Part shown: positions 30,273 to 42,500 of the stretch, piece after piece
Layout: the number at the start of each line of letters is the position of its first letter
How positions within the stretch are numbered: the stretch's first letter is position 1
Assembly: GCA_017984635.1 (NCBI GenBank)
Contig: JAGNZC010000007.1
Span: forward strand, 6,102 to 70,101
DNA length: 64,000 bases
DNA from: Crocinitomicaceae bacterium
GTDB lineage: Bacteria > Bacteroidota > Bacteroidia > Flavobacteriales_D > Crocinitomicaceae
Direction: 5' to 3'
Program-made: the position numbers and the translations under genes
Notes under the pieces: model-generated
Database searches by the model: none
What the model was told of the DNA's origin: nothing
What the model saw: the letters and a program-made list of their open reading frames with translations, nothing else

Positions 30273-32147
30273 ATGAAGCATCTTTCCCTTTTATTTTGTA
30301 GCATCGTTTTCACGACAACTTTTGCGCAAAAATCTGAAGATTTAATTCCACGTGATGCTGTAACTGTTTTCAGTATCAATAATTTCACTTTACTTCAAAA
30401 AATCTCCTTGGATGATTTAGTAAAATATGAATTTATGGCGGAAGTACAATCAGAACTTTTTGATGGTTCTACTTCAGGTAAAACCTTGAAAGATGCGGGT
30501 ATCGACTTTGATCAAAAGATGAATATTTTTTATGGCCGCGGTAAAGAATATGAAATTTCCGGATTCACTTTTGGAATCAAAAATAAAGCTGATTTATTTC
30601 AAGTATTTGATGATTTTCAATTAGCTGATGCAAAAATCCCAGGTACAGAGACATATACTTCATTTTTTAACAGTTTAATTATTAAAGGTAATTCTGCACT
30701 TTTAATTCGTGTTGAACCATTATTAGAGCGTGTAAACGAGTTAACCGATTCAATTTGGTATGCAAATGGGAATGAAAGTCCATGGGCTGATTCTTTTGAA
30801 AGTACAGAAGAAGAATTAAAAGAAGAAAGTGAAAAAGAAGTTTTGCAAGAAGAGATTTATGAAGAAATGCCAGAGGCAACTCAACCAAAAACGGAAGATG
30901 AATTTCCAGTAGCAGAAGAAAACCCACTACAAAAAAACTATTACGAGATGCGTGATAGTGTAGAAATGGGTTTACAAATTGGTTTTTTAGATGCAATCTG
31001 TACTGATTTATTTGTTAAAAATTTGAATTTGAAAGCTGCTGATACACGATTCGCAGACCAGCTAACGCATCCATCAGAAGCGATATTCTTCTTGGATAAT
31101 TCTCGCAATCTTCAACAATCTAAAAAAATATGGTACTTAGAAACGATGTTTCCTACTTTGTATATGGATTTAAAAGAATTGTATACGGGAAATGTGTTAC
31201 TGGGTGATTTATTATTAAATAATAATTCCGTTGAATTTAAAATGGAATCTCGTTACGGCGAAAAATTAGGTTCTATTTACGAGAAATTAAATCATTCAAA
31301 ATTTGATAAAAAAGTATTGAATTACATTCATAAAGACAACACAGCCTACTTCACATACAATGTAAATTTAAGAGAAGCATATGAACAAGCATTCAAAGTG
31401 ATTATGCCGATTTTAACAAACGAAAAAAACACGCAAATGTCAACCAGTGTTTTGGCTATTGATCTATTAAATGAATTTATTAATAAAGATGCATTATTTG
31501 GCACCTACAAAGGAAGTATGTTTGGCACCTTTAACGGAATCAAAAAAGTAAAAACGACAAAAATTGAATTTACATATGATGAAGAAACGTTTGAATACCA
31601 AGAGAAGGAGGTAAAAGCAGAAGAAGACATGCCTATTTTTACTTTGGGGTTTTCAACGGAGCGAAGTGATATTCCATTAAAAGTATTAAGTCACCTTTCT
31701 CGTTTAACCTCACGTTTTCAAAACAAAGGATCATACTGGGTATATGAAAATGCTATTTTGAATGCCGCTCCATTGTACATAATTGCAAATGATGGCTTAT
31801 TTATTTTTACAAATGATCAAGATTTAGCTGAAAATCATGTGTTAGGATATGGAAAGGAAGCATTAACAAAGAAAAATGCGGCAAAAGCTGCTAAAAGCGG
31901 TTCCATGTATGCTTCAATTAATTTAGCTCAAGCAATTGATCGCTTTCCAAGAGATTTCTTTACCCCAAAACAAAATGAGATTTTAGACGCAATGAGAGGA
32001 AAAACGGGTTCTATGGAATTAACCTCTTCTAAAACAACAATGGAAAAAACTTCATTTGATTTACTGTATACTTATGGTGGAACCTATGAAAATGCCGGAA
32101 AGTATTTATTAGATTTAATGAACAGTTTATATATTATTTCTAAATAA
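30273..32147 (+). CDS. secreted hypothetical protein, 624 aa
   Basis: The ATG at 30273 gives the signal peptide MKHLSLLFCSIVFTTTFAQ (track TTG at 30255). Contains a 43-aa hyper-acidic insert. No family recognised with confidence. Confidence 0.65.
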   Translation: MKHLSLLFCSIVFTTTFAQKSEDLIPRDAVTVFSINNFTLLQKISLDDLVKYEFMAEVQSELFDGSTSGKTLKDAGIDFDQKMNIFYGRGKEYEISGFTFGIKNKADLFQVFDDFQLADAKIPGTETYTSFFNSLIIKGNSALLIRVEPLLERVNELTDSIWYANGNESPWADSFESTEEELKEESEKEVLQEEIYEEMPEATQPKTEDEFPVAEENPLQKNYYEMRDSVEMGLQIGFLDAICTDLFVKNLNLKAADTRFADQLTHPSEAIFFLDNSRNLQQSKKIWYLETMFPTLYMDLKELYTGNVLLGDLLLNNNSVEFKMESRYGEKLGSIYEKLNHSKFDKKVLNYIHKDNTAYFTYNVNLREAYEQAFKVIMPILTNEKNTQMSTSVLAIDLLNEFINKDALFGTYKGSMFGTFNGIKKVKTTKIEFTYDEETFEYQEKEVKAEEDMPIFTLGFSTERSDIPLKVLSHLSRLTSRFQNKGSYWVYENAILNAAPLYIIANDGLFIFTNDQDLAENHVLGYGKEALTKKNAAKAAKSGSMYASINLAQAIDRFPRDFFTPKQNEILDAMRGKTGSMELTSSKTTMEKTSFDLLYTYGGTYENAGKYLLDLMNSLYIISK

Positions 32148-32161
32148 TAGCAGCAATATAC

Positions 32162-33496
32162 ATGTTTAAAAAGATTACATTAATACTAATTTTATCTGTT
32201 GCATTAGCAGGATTTTTAATCTTAAGACCCTATATTTTCAAACACCAAGTAGCTCCTACAATTGAAGATCGCTTACCAGACGCAGATTTCATCGGGAAAG
32301 CCTATCTTTTAGATGTTGCAAGAGAAACGAGTGGTATGTTATACTACAATAAAATTCCTTTTCGAGATTTGTTATCTTATGAATTTCTATTAAGTCAAGG
32401 GAAATTATATGGATTAAACTTACAAAAACCAATTTACTTCTTTGGAAAAGAAAAGGGAGATATTGGCGCTGTTATTCAAGTCAGTGACAGTAGTAAAATT
32501 GGAGAAGGAATTAAACGATTAACAAAAATCATTGCGCTCGATGACACCTTAATTAACGAACAAAAAATATACCGTTATAAAAAGGAAAAAATGTTTTTGT
32601 CATACAGTAACAACTATTTATTTGTATTTAAGGGTTCTCATTTTGAAAACATCTATAAACGTGTCACAATGGCCAAGCGAGATGATCAAAGTAAGTTATG
32701 GAAAGCTTTTCTTAAAGAGCCTCAATTCAAAAAAGAGAAATTAGTTATTTATTCAAATTCTGATAAATTAAAGAAATACGGCATTGAAAGAGTCATTTTA
32801 GCTCACGATAGTGATTCAACAAGTTTTAGTTTAAAAGCATACGTGAAGAATCTAAAACCATTTAATTTCCAACAGAAAGAAGCGGGATTAAGTTTTGCGA
32901 ATACTGGATTAACAAATAAAATGTTAAACATTCATGTTAATACAAAAAAATTACGCCAGCATCCGGAAGATCCATTGTACAAATTATTAGTACAATTAGG
33001 CAAAAGAATTAGTTTTCCTACCACTGAATTTTTAGCTGCATGGGAAGGTGACTTATCATTTAGAGAAGGAGGTAAACAAACCATTGAAGAAAGTTACATA
33101 GAAACTGTTTTAGACGAAGATTTCAATACAACAGAAGTTGAAAAAAAGAAAGCGGTAGAAGTGCCAGGTTTCTCTTTACTATTTACAACGAATAATAAAG
33201 GTAAAATTTTTATCAATAAATTATTTGCGAAAGGAATTTTGACCAAAACTGATGGGAAATTTAGATTTCTTTATTCTCCCCCACTTAAAATGAATGTGGT
33301 AAAAAATACATATTTCTTTTTCAGCGGTGATGCTTGTCCTACAACAGAAGTTCACGCTAAAAACAATGGAATCTTTTTAAGAAAAGGAACAAGAATTGAG
33401 TTCAATTTAGATTCTTTGAGTCGGCAAGAAGCTTTTGGTACTTTATACATTCCTGTAGATCGAATATTTAAAGGTGGTAAACGGTTAAATTTTTAG
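32162..33496 (+). CDS. membrane-anchored hypothetical protein, 444 aa
   Basis: Single N-terminal hydrophobic anchor (ITLILILSVALAGFLIL). The N-terminal region loosely resembles that of the preceding protein. Confidence 0.6.
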   Translation: MFKKITLILILSVALAGFLILRPYIFKHQVAPTIEDRLPDADFIGKAYLLDVARETSGMLYYNKIPFRDLLSYEFLLSQGKLYGLNLQKPIYFFGKEKGDIGAVIQVSDSSKIGEGIKRLTKIIALDDTLINEQKIYRYKKEKMFLSYSNNYLFVFKGSHFENIYKRVTMAKRDDQSKLWKAFLKEPQFKKEKLVIYSNSDKLKKYGIERVILAHDSDSTSFSLKAYVKNLKPFNFQQKEAGLSFANTGLTNKMLNIHVNTKKLRQHPEDPLYKLLVQLGKRISFPTTEFLAAWEGDLSFREGGKQTIEESYIETVLDEDFNTTEVEKKKAVEVPGFSLLFTTNNKGKIFINKLFAKGILTKTDGKFRFLYSPPLKMNVVKNTYFFFSGDACPTTEVHAKNNGIFLRKGTRIEFNLDSLSRQEAFGTLYIPVDRIFKGGKRLNF

Positions 33497-33502
33497 ACAA
33501 CA

Positions 33503-33546
33503 GAATAAAAAATCCCCATAAAAAAATCTTTATGGGGATTTTTATG
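33503..33546. terminator. bidirectional rho-independent terminator between convergent genes
   Basis: AATCCCCATAAA, a 6-nt loop, TTTATGGGGATT. An A-run lies on the left and TTTTTA on the right. It sits between the stops at 33496 (+) and 33557 (-). Confidence 0.65.
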
Positions 33547-33556
33547 TTTAGTTATT

Positions 33557-36500
33557 CTAACGGATTAAGTTGATGTGTCCTTTCAGATCAATCAATTCAT
33601 TATTGCCATCTCTTCCAGTGATTCGATAACTATAAGTTCCATCTTGAACTGGAATCCCTAATAATGATTTTCCATCCCAACTAGGAGCTATTTCATTTGT
33701 TCTAAATACTACTTCTCCCCATCTATTAAAAATTAATACTTCTAACTTCTTAACATAAACTAGAACAGGATTCCACGTGTCATTCATTCCGTCATCATCA
33801 GGCGTGAATGAGTTAGGGACATAGTGCGTTGGACTCAAATTTATTCGAATCGTGTTGTATGCTGTATCAGCGCAACCGAATGGTGTATTCACAATTTGAG
33901 TAATTAAATAAAACCCTGAATCTGAAATGGAGTAATTGAATGTAAGCACGTCAATATCTTCTTGGTAACCATTTCCAAAATCATAGAAACCATTTGAATA
34001 GGCCGCTGCTGTATTTTCTAAATAGACCATCGGATGATCAGTAGTAATGACAACTGGAGTAACATTAAATCCAGCAACAGGTGTTTGATACACGTTGATA
34101 TAATTGGTTGCAGTATACGAGTTCGTGCAACCATCAGCATTGGTTGCAAATAAGGTAACTGAATAGACATTTGGATCAGTATAAAGATGCGTTGGATTTG
34201 TTAACGTTGAGCTACTTCCATCTCCAAAACTCCAAGTATAAGAATCAGCAAATAATGAACTATTAACAAATTCGGCTTCAAAATCTTCACAGCCATCTGG
34301 ATCTACAGCTGAAAAGAGAATCTGAGGTTTTTCATGAATTTGAACCAATTGTGTTGAAGTATCAGAACATCCAAATTGGTTATAGGTAATTAATGATAAA
34401 TCATAGTCTCCTGCAGCTAGATATGTAACCGTTGGTGCATTCCAATTGGAAGTTGTTGTATTGTCAAAATCCCAAAAATAGGCATTGGCACCAGTAGATA
34501 AATTATTGGTAGAAATGGTAAATGGATAATCACAACTTTCTGTCGCAGATAAAGTGAAATCACTCACTGGATTTGGATGAGCAAATACATTAAACGTTGT
34601 TGTATCTGAGCAACCAAAATTATTCTGTGTTATAACAATTGGATAATACGTTCCAGCTGTCGAATATACATGTGTAGTTGAAACACCAATTCCAATCGTT
34701 CCATCCTGGAAGTCCCAAGTAGCATAATTAGCAGTATTCGATGTTTCGTTGAAAGGTACACTTAATGGAATACATCCAACATAATTATAATTATCATATG
34801 TTAAATTAGGCGTAGGACGAACGACAACTGTATGTGTTACAGAATTAGTACAACCATAAGCTAATGATGTTCCGAGCAACGTTACTTGTAGAGTGCCACT
34901 TTGAACAAATACGTGCGAAGGACTATATACATTACTTGTTGTACCATCTCCAAATTGCCAGAATGTATTACTCAAAGGATCTGAAGTGTTTGTGAATGAG
35001 AAAGCTTCATTCATACACAAGGTATCTTCTAAAATTGTAAAATCAACCATTGGCTTATCATGTACAATAATTGAAATTTCTGATGTGTCAATAGAACATC
35101 CATTATCTACAATTAATTTGGCTACATATGTTCCAGCTTGATTATAAGTGTAATTTGGACTAAAAGTACTTGATACTTGACCATCACCAAATAACCAAGA
35201 ATAGTTCGTTGCGCCAATAGAATAATTCGTGAACTGAACAGGCAAAGGAGAACAACCAATAACTGGTGTTGTATTAAAGAAAGATGTTACTGTATTTGGG
35301 AACACAGTTATTGTGTCCATCAAAGTATCAGATCCACAAGTATTGTATGCGATTAAAGCAACAACAAAAGTAGTGTCACCTGTTCCTGTTATAAATGGAT
35401 GTGATGGATTGGTTAACGTTGTATTAGGTGAACCATCACCAAAATTCCAACTATAACTTGTTGGAGAACCAAAAGAAGTATTCATAAATCCAACATTTAC
35501 TGGTGAACAACCTGTATTTGAAGTTGTAACAAAATCTGCAATTGGTCGTGCTTTTACTATGATTGAATCTAAGAAAGTGGAAGACCCACAAATATTGTTA
35601 ACAGTTAATGATAATTGATATAAGGTATCACCATAAATTGGCGATGGGTATGTTACCGCTGTTGGATTCATCAATGTAGAAACATTATTCATTGAAGGAG
35701 TCGCAAAATTCCAATTATAATTTGTAATATTTTCGCCGGTTGAATTATTTGTAAAAGTGACTACTAATGGACCGCAATCTTCATGGGTAGAAGGTGTAAA
35801 AGAAGCTATTGGAGTTGTTATTACATGAATGTTATGAGCGATTGAGTCAACACATCCATAAATTGAAGTAGCTGTTAAAACGATTGAGTAATTACCAATT
35901 GATGCGTATGAATGAGATGGGTTTTGAAGCGTTGAATTACCGCCATCACCAAAATTCCATGCATAAGTACTTGCTCCTGTTGAAGTATTTGTAAAATTAA
36001 CAGTAGAACCTATACATGTCAACGTATCTGCTGTAAATAAGGGTACTGGAAGTGGTCGAACTGTTACAACGCGAGTAGCTGAATTTGTACAACCTGTTAT
36101 TGGATCTGTATAGGTATAAGTTAACGTTTGTGGACCTACACCAGCAAGTAAAGGATTAAATGTGCCATTTATTCCATTTGTAATACCTGTTCCTGTCCAT
36201 GTTCCTCCAGCTGGAGAATAGCCAGTTAAATCAAAAATAGGTGAAGTTAAACAAGTATTGAAAGCAACGCCTGGAATAATTTGAGGTAATGGATTAATAT
36301 ATATAGGAACAATTGTTGGAGTCCCATTACATGTTCCAGCCTTAGGTGTTATTGAATAATTAACTATTTGAAGCACAAAAGATGTATTAGTAAGGATTTG
36401 ATCAATCTGATTTCCTTGACCATTGCTTTCGCCAGTAATCTGATTATTCACAGAAGCTGTCCAGTTAAATAAAGCTCCATTTGTAGAACTACTTAAATTA

Positions 36501-39500
36501 ATAATTGCGTGTTCTCCACTACAAATAGTATCATTACTCACTAAACTAGCAGTAACTGTTGCAACTGGATTTACATAAATGGTTACATTAGAAGATGAAC
36601 CAGAGCATGATGCAGCAGTTGGTGTAACTGTATACTGAACATTTTGAAGTTGAGCAGATGTATTACTTAATTGTTGTGTAAGTGTATTTCCAATTCCTGC
36701 TTGTTCACCAATAATTGGTAAGGTATTGGTTGGAGTATAACTAAAGGTAGTGTTTAAAACAGATGATGTAAAAGAAATCGCAGTAGTTTCACCACTACAA
36801 ATGGTGTCACTTGTTGGCGAAATTGTTAAAACAGGTATTGGATTTACTTGTACTGTAGCAGAAATAGGTGTTCCTGTACAACCATTTAATGATGGTGTTA
36901 CAGAATATGTAATGCTTTGTGCTGTTGTAGCAGTATTTATTAATGTTTGAGAAATGGTGGATCCTGTTCCATTTGAAGAACCTGTAATAGCATTATTTGC
37001 CGAAACACTCCAAGTTAAGTTAGCATTATTGATTGAACTATTTACAAGGATGTTGGCCAATGTATTACTACAAATCTCTTGTGAAATTGGAGATAATGTA
37101 ACGGATGGGATCGGATGAACTACGATTGTAGTATTAGATGTGTTTCCGATACAATTTCCAGTTGAAACAGTGATTGTATAAGTTACATAACCAGCTGTTG
37201 TTGAAGAATTTAGTAGTGTTTGATTGATCGTATTTCCTGAACTAGAACTTGCTCCCGTTGCGTTATTTTGAGATACTGCCCAATTAAATGTAGCTCCTGA
37301 AACGTTTGAAGTTAAAACAATTGAAGTTGCTGTTCCACTACAAATTGTATCGTCTAATGGTAAAATAGTTAGTGTAGGTGTTGGATTAATACTTACCGTG
37401 AAATTCATAGGTAATCCAATACAACCATTCAGTGTTGGTGTAACTGAAATAATACCAGAAGTTGTACCACCAGAAACATTAGCTGGTGCATTCCAAATTG
37501 GTATATTACCCGTTCCTGATAAGCCTAATCCAATTGTATTTGATGAGTTTGTCCAAGCATAAGTAGCACCAACTGGAGTAGATGTAAAATTAAATGCTCC
37601 AATTGAATTAGTTGGACAAACAGCCACATTTGGTAATTCCGTAGCAATTGGATTTGGCTTAATTTTAATAATCAACAAAGAAGCTGGGCCCGAACAACCC
37701 GCTGCCGTTGCTGTGATTTGATATATCACGGAGTCAAGCACTAATGAATTATTAACTAATGTTTGACTGATAGTATTTCCTGAACCATTACTTGCTCCTG
37801 TAATTGCTCCACTACTAAGTACAGAATATGTAAACGCAGGATTTGCAACTGATGACGTTAATGCAACAGAAGTAGTTTCTCCAGAACAAAGTAATGTTGA
37901 AACAGGTGTAGCAATCGCATTCGGTAATGGTTTAACAATAATAGAATAAACAACTTGTGGAGCTGAACAAACAGTATTATTATATGTAAAAGAAAGTGAC
38001 GAAATGTAATCTACTGTTATTGGAACAAATGTTGAATTGGTTAACAACTGTGCTGGAATGGTAGTTGTGCCATTAGTCGATATTCCAATAACACCTGTTG
38101 GCTGAGTTGCATTCCAGGAGAACGCATTACCAGAAGCAAAACCAAGTGCAATTGATGAAACTAAATTTACTGGATTTGTATTAACTCCTGAACAAATGAT
38201 TTGATTCGTCTCTGAAAACGATAATACAGGAATTGGATTGACTGTTATTGTATAAGTTGATCCTGATCCAGAACAAGCTCCCGTAGTTGTAGCAACATTA
38301 ACAGTATATACAATATTGATAGGAGCATTGGTGGTATTAATTAACGTTTGTACTGGTATAGATGTACTTCCTGACAACTGTCCTCCACTTATTCCAGCTG
38401 GAATAGCAGCAGTCCATGCGATTTGAGCATTTGTCGTTAAACTTGTAATTGCAACAGAAGTTGTAGGAGTTCCTGAACAAATAGTTTGATTTGCAATACT
38501 AAATGATACTCCTGGTACAGGATTGACAGAAACACTGAAATTCGATGAATTCGATGAACACCCAGCAACTGTTGGTCCAACAGCAGTTGGTGTAATTGTA
38601 TATACTAATGATTGAATTTGAGGAGAACTATTAGTTAATACTTGATTGATTGAACTTCCTGTTCCATTTGACATACCTGAAATTGAAACATTAGGACTAA
38701 CAGACCAATTAAATGAAGTGTTTGGAATATTTGAAGTAAGCTGTGCACTTACAGCTGTATTACTACAAATTGTATCATCCGTTAAATTAATAGTCATTAT
38801 TGGCAAAGGAAATACTTGAATGGTATGCGCTGAACTTGGTCCAGAACAAGAATTAATTGAAGCTTGGGCTGTATATGTTATTGTTGCCGCTGATATTCCT
38901 GAATTAATTATTGTCTGTGCTGGAATGGTAGTTGTTCCTGATAAAGTCAAACCTGTTAAATTCGACGGATTAGCTGCGGACCATGAAATAGTAGCACCTG
39001 TAACATCACTTGTTAAATTAATTGGATTTGACAATAAATTGGAACATAAACTTTGATTTTGTCCTGAAAAACTAATATGGGGAACTGGTTCAATTGTTAT
39101 CGTTCTTACTATTGTCTCTATAGGACAAACATTATTGACAGGGTTTACTGTTGTAATCGAGTAAACTACAGATCCTTGAACTGTTTGAGAATTTGAAAGC
39201 GTTTGACTAATTGCCGAACCAGTTCCATTAGAGGAACCTGAAATACCTGCCGTTGGTGTTGCTGTCCAAGTGAAAGTTGTGCCAATTACAGGACTTGTGA
39301 TTGCAACGGATAATAACTGATTTGAACACAATGTTGAATCAACAACATTCACTGAAAGTGCAGGTTTTGGACTTACTGCAATCGTATAAGTAACTGGTCC
39401 GCCTGGACAAATAGAATTCCCTGTTGTACTTGCTGTAGCTGTAATTGTTGCAGTTAATATACCTGAAGTTGTATTCGTTAAATTAAATGAAGGTATTTGA

Positions 39501-42500
39501 TTTGTTCCACTTGTTGTTGTAAAACCATTCAAACCTGCAGGAACAGATGCTGTCCATGAAATTGTTGCGTTAGGTGTTGAAGTTGACAAATCAACAAGTG
39601 CAGTTGAACTTTCTGAACAAATTGCTTGACTTGGTAGTGAAAAAGTAACAGATGGTGAAGGATTAACAGTATAAGTATACACTCCAGCTGTTCCAGAACA
39701 ACCAGCTGCTGATGGTGTTATTTGATACGATACAATTTGTGAAGCATTACTTGTATTTGTGAGCGTAAGTGGATTAATATTTCCAATTCCTGAAAGAGGA
39801 TATCCAGCTAAATAAGTTGATACTGGTGGCGCGGTTATAACTTGCCATGCATAAGTTGTTAAAGCGACATCTGCTGTTAATCCTACTAAAGCAGAAGCAA
39901 CACCTGAACAAACTGTTTGATCATTAGGAATTGTAATTATTGGTCTTGGATTCACATGAATCGTATAATTTACTGCCGGACTTAAACATCCTTTTGAACT
40001 TGTTGCTTGTATTGAATAAATTACATCTTGTTGTGTTGGGCCATTATTCAATAAAGTCATTGAATTTAATGGGTTCAAACCATTTCCAGCTATAAACCCT
40101 GTAATTGCTGATCCAGCAGAAAGATTTGTCCATGCAATCGATGAAGAAGCACCTAATGTATTAGTAAAAGTAACAGCTGTTGTAGCATCATTTTCACAAA
40201 CAGTTTGTACCAACGGATTTGAATTTATAAGAGGAGTAGGATAAATCGTAACAGTAAAATTAGAAGTGTCTCCAGGACATCCAAAATAATATGGTTTTAC
40301 AGAAACTAAACTTGTCAAATTAACCAATGAATTATTGGCAGGAGCATTCCAAGAAGCAATTTGACCTGTTCCTGAAGTATTAATTCCAATTGCTGAAGAT
40401 GTATTGGTCCATGTATATGTACATCCTGCTGGTACAGTTGAAAATGTAGCTGGGGTAATTGCATTTGTTGGACAAACAGCGATAGAATTAATCGGTGCTA
40501 AATCTGGAATTGGATGAACAGTTATAATTGAACTAATCGGTAAACCTTGACAAGAATTAGCAGTTGGAGTAATTGTATACATTACTGTTCCATCTGATGC
40601 AGTTGCATTGCTTAATGTATTTGAGATGGTAGTTCCAGAAGAGGAAGTGTTTCCTGAAACACCTGCACTTGCAACAGATGACCATGTAAATGAAGTTCCG
40701 ATTACAGTGCTTGTTAAATTGATCAATGCTGTTTCTCCCGAACATTGTGGATTGGTTGAATTCACTGTTGCTGTAGCCAGAGGTATTGGTTTAACTGCAA
40801 TAGTATATGTGCCAACAGAACCCGGACAACCTCCAACTTGTGTGCTAACAGAAGCTGAAACAATTAAATTAACTGTTGTGAAGCCATTGTGTGAAAGTGT
40901 AAATGATGGAATAGAATTGGTGTTTCCAGAAAGAGGTGTTGCTCCATTTAATCCGTTTACTCCCGTTATACTCCAAGAATAAGTTACATTTGGAGTAATT
41001 GAATTAATTGTGATTGGCGCTGAAGTTTCTCCGCTACAAATAGACTGTGAAGAAGGTGAAAAAGTAACTACTGGCGCTGGATTGATCGTAAACGCGATGG
41101 TATCAGGTAACCCAGAACATCCATTTGCAGTTGGTATAACTTGATAATACAAAGTATATGGATTTGCTCCAGAATTGGTTATTGTCATCGGTGAAATTTG
41201 ACCTATCCCACTTAACGTATAATTTAAAATAGATGAAGGAATTAAACCTTGATATAATAAATTCCATGTATAACTTCCTCCAATAACTGAATTTGTGAAA
41301 GAGGTAACTGTAGTAGCAGTTCCACTACATTTTATTTGATCGGCAGACAACGTAACAATTGGAATAGGATTTACGTGAGTCGTATAATTAACTATAGAAC
41401 TAGGGCAATTATTTGATGAAATAGCTTGAACTGTATAAATTACATCTTGTTGAGTCGATCCGGAATTATTTATTGTCATGACTGGAAGTGTTCCTGAACC
41501 ATTACCTGTGGTATAATTGGATAAATTTGATCCTGCAGAACTATAATTCCAATTGATTGTACTTCCTGAAATTGTACTTGTTAAAGGTACTGAAAGTGAT
41601 GGATTTCCTCCACAAATTGTTTGAACCAACGATGAATTTGATACAGATGGTGTTGGATATATAGAAATAATAAAAGGACTTGCTGAACCAGCACAACCAT
41701 TGTAAATTGGAGTAACTGATATGGAACCGCTTATATTTGAAAGGGTATTATTGGCTGGTGCATTCCAAGCTACGATGTTTCCTGTTCCAGATGCAACTAA
41801 ACCAATGGTTGGATTTGAATTCACCCAAGTAAAAGATTGTGATGGCGGATTACTTGTAAAACTAGCTGGTGCGATATTTACGGTTGGACATACTGATATT
41901 GGAACTAAGCCCGTCATTTGAGCAACTGGATTAATATATGCTGTAACTGTAATTGGTGTTCCAGGACATAAACTTGCACTAGGTGTAATTAAATATTGAA
42001 TTTGTCCAACTGTTGTTAATGTGTTTGTTAATGTTTGTTGAATTGTAACGCCAGCTACCGTTGAATTTGTTCCCCCTGAAATACCAACCCCATTCGTAGC
42101 TGTCCAAGTGAAATTCGTATTAGCAGTAGTCGATGTAAGTGCAATGTTAAGTGACGTATTAGAACAAATAGTGTCATTGCTAACAAATGTTGCTATCGCA
42201 TTTGGTGCTGGATTTACCGTTATTACATAGGTATTTGGTGCGCCTGGACATGCTTCTAATCCACTCGTAGTAGCTATAGCTGTAAACGTAATTGCTAATG
42301 GTGTTGTTCCCGTATTTGTTAAATTTGGAAAAGAAGGAATGGAAGAGGTTCCAGTTGTACCTGTAAAATTTCCAATACCTGAAGCAGCAACAGCTGACCA
42401 CGCAAATGTAACATTACTAGTTGTTGAAGATAAATTTACAAGCGTTGAATTTAATCCAGTACATACCGCTTGATTCGGTATAGAAAATTGGACCGTTGGA

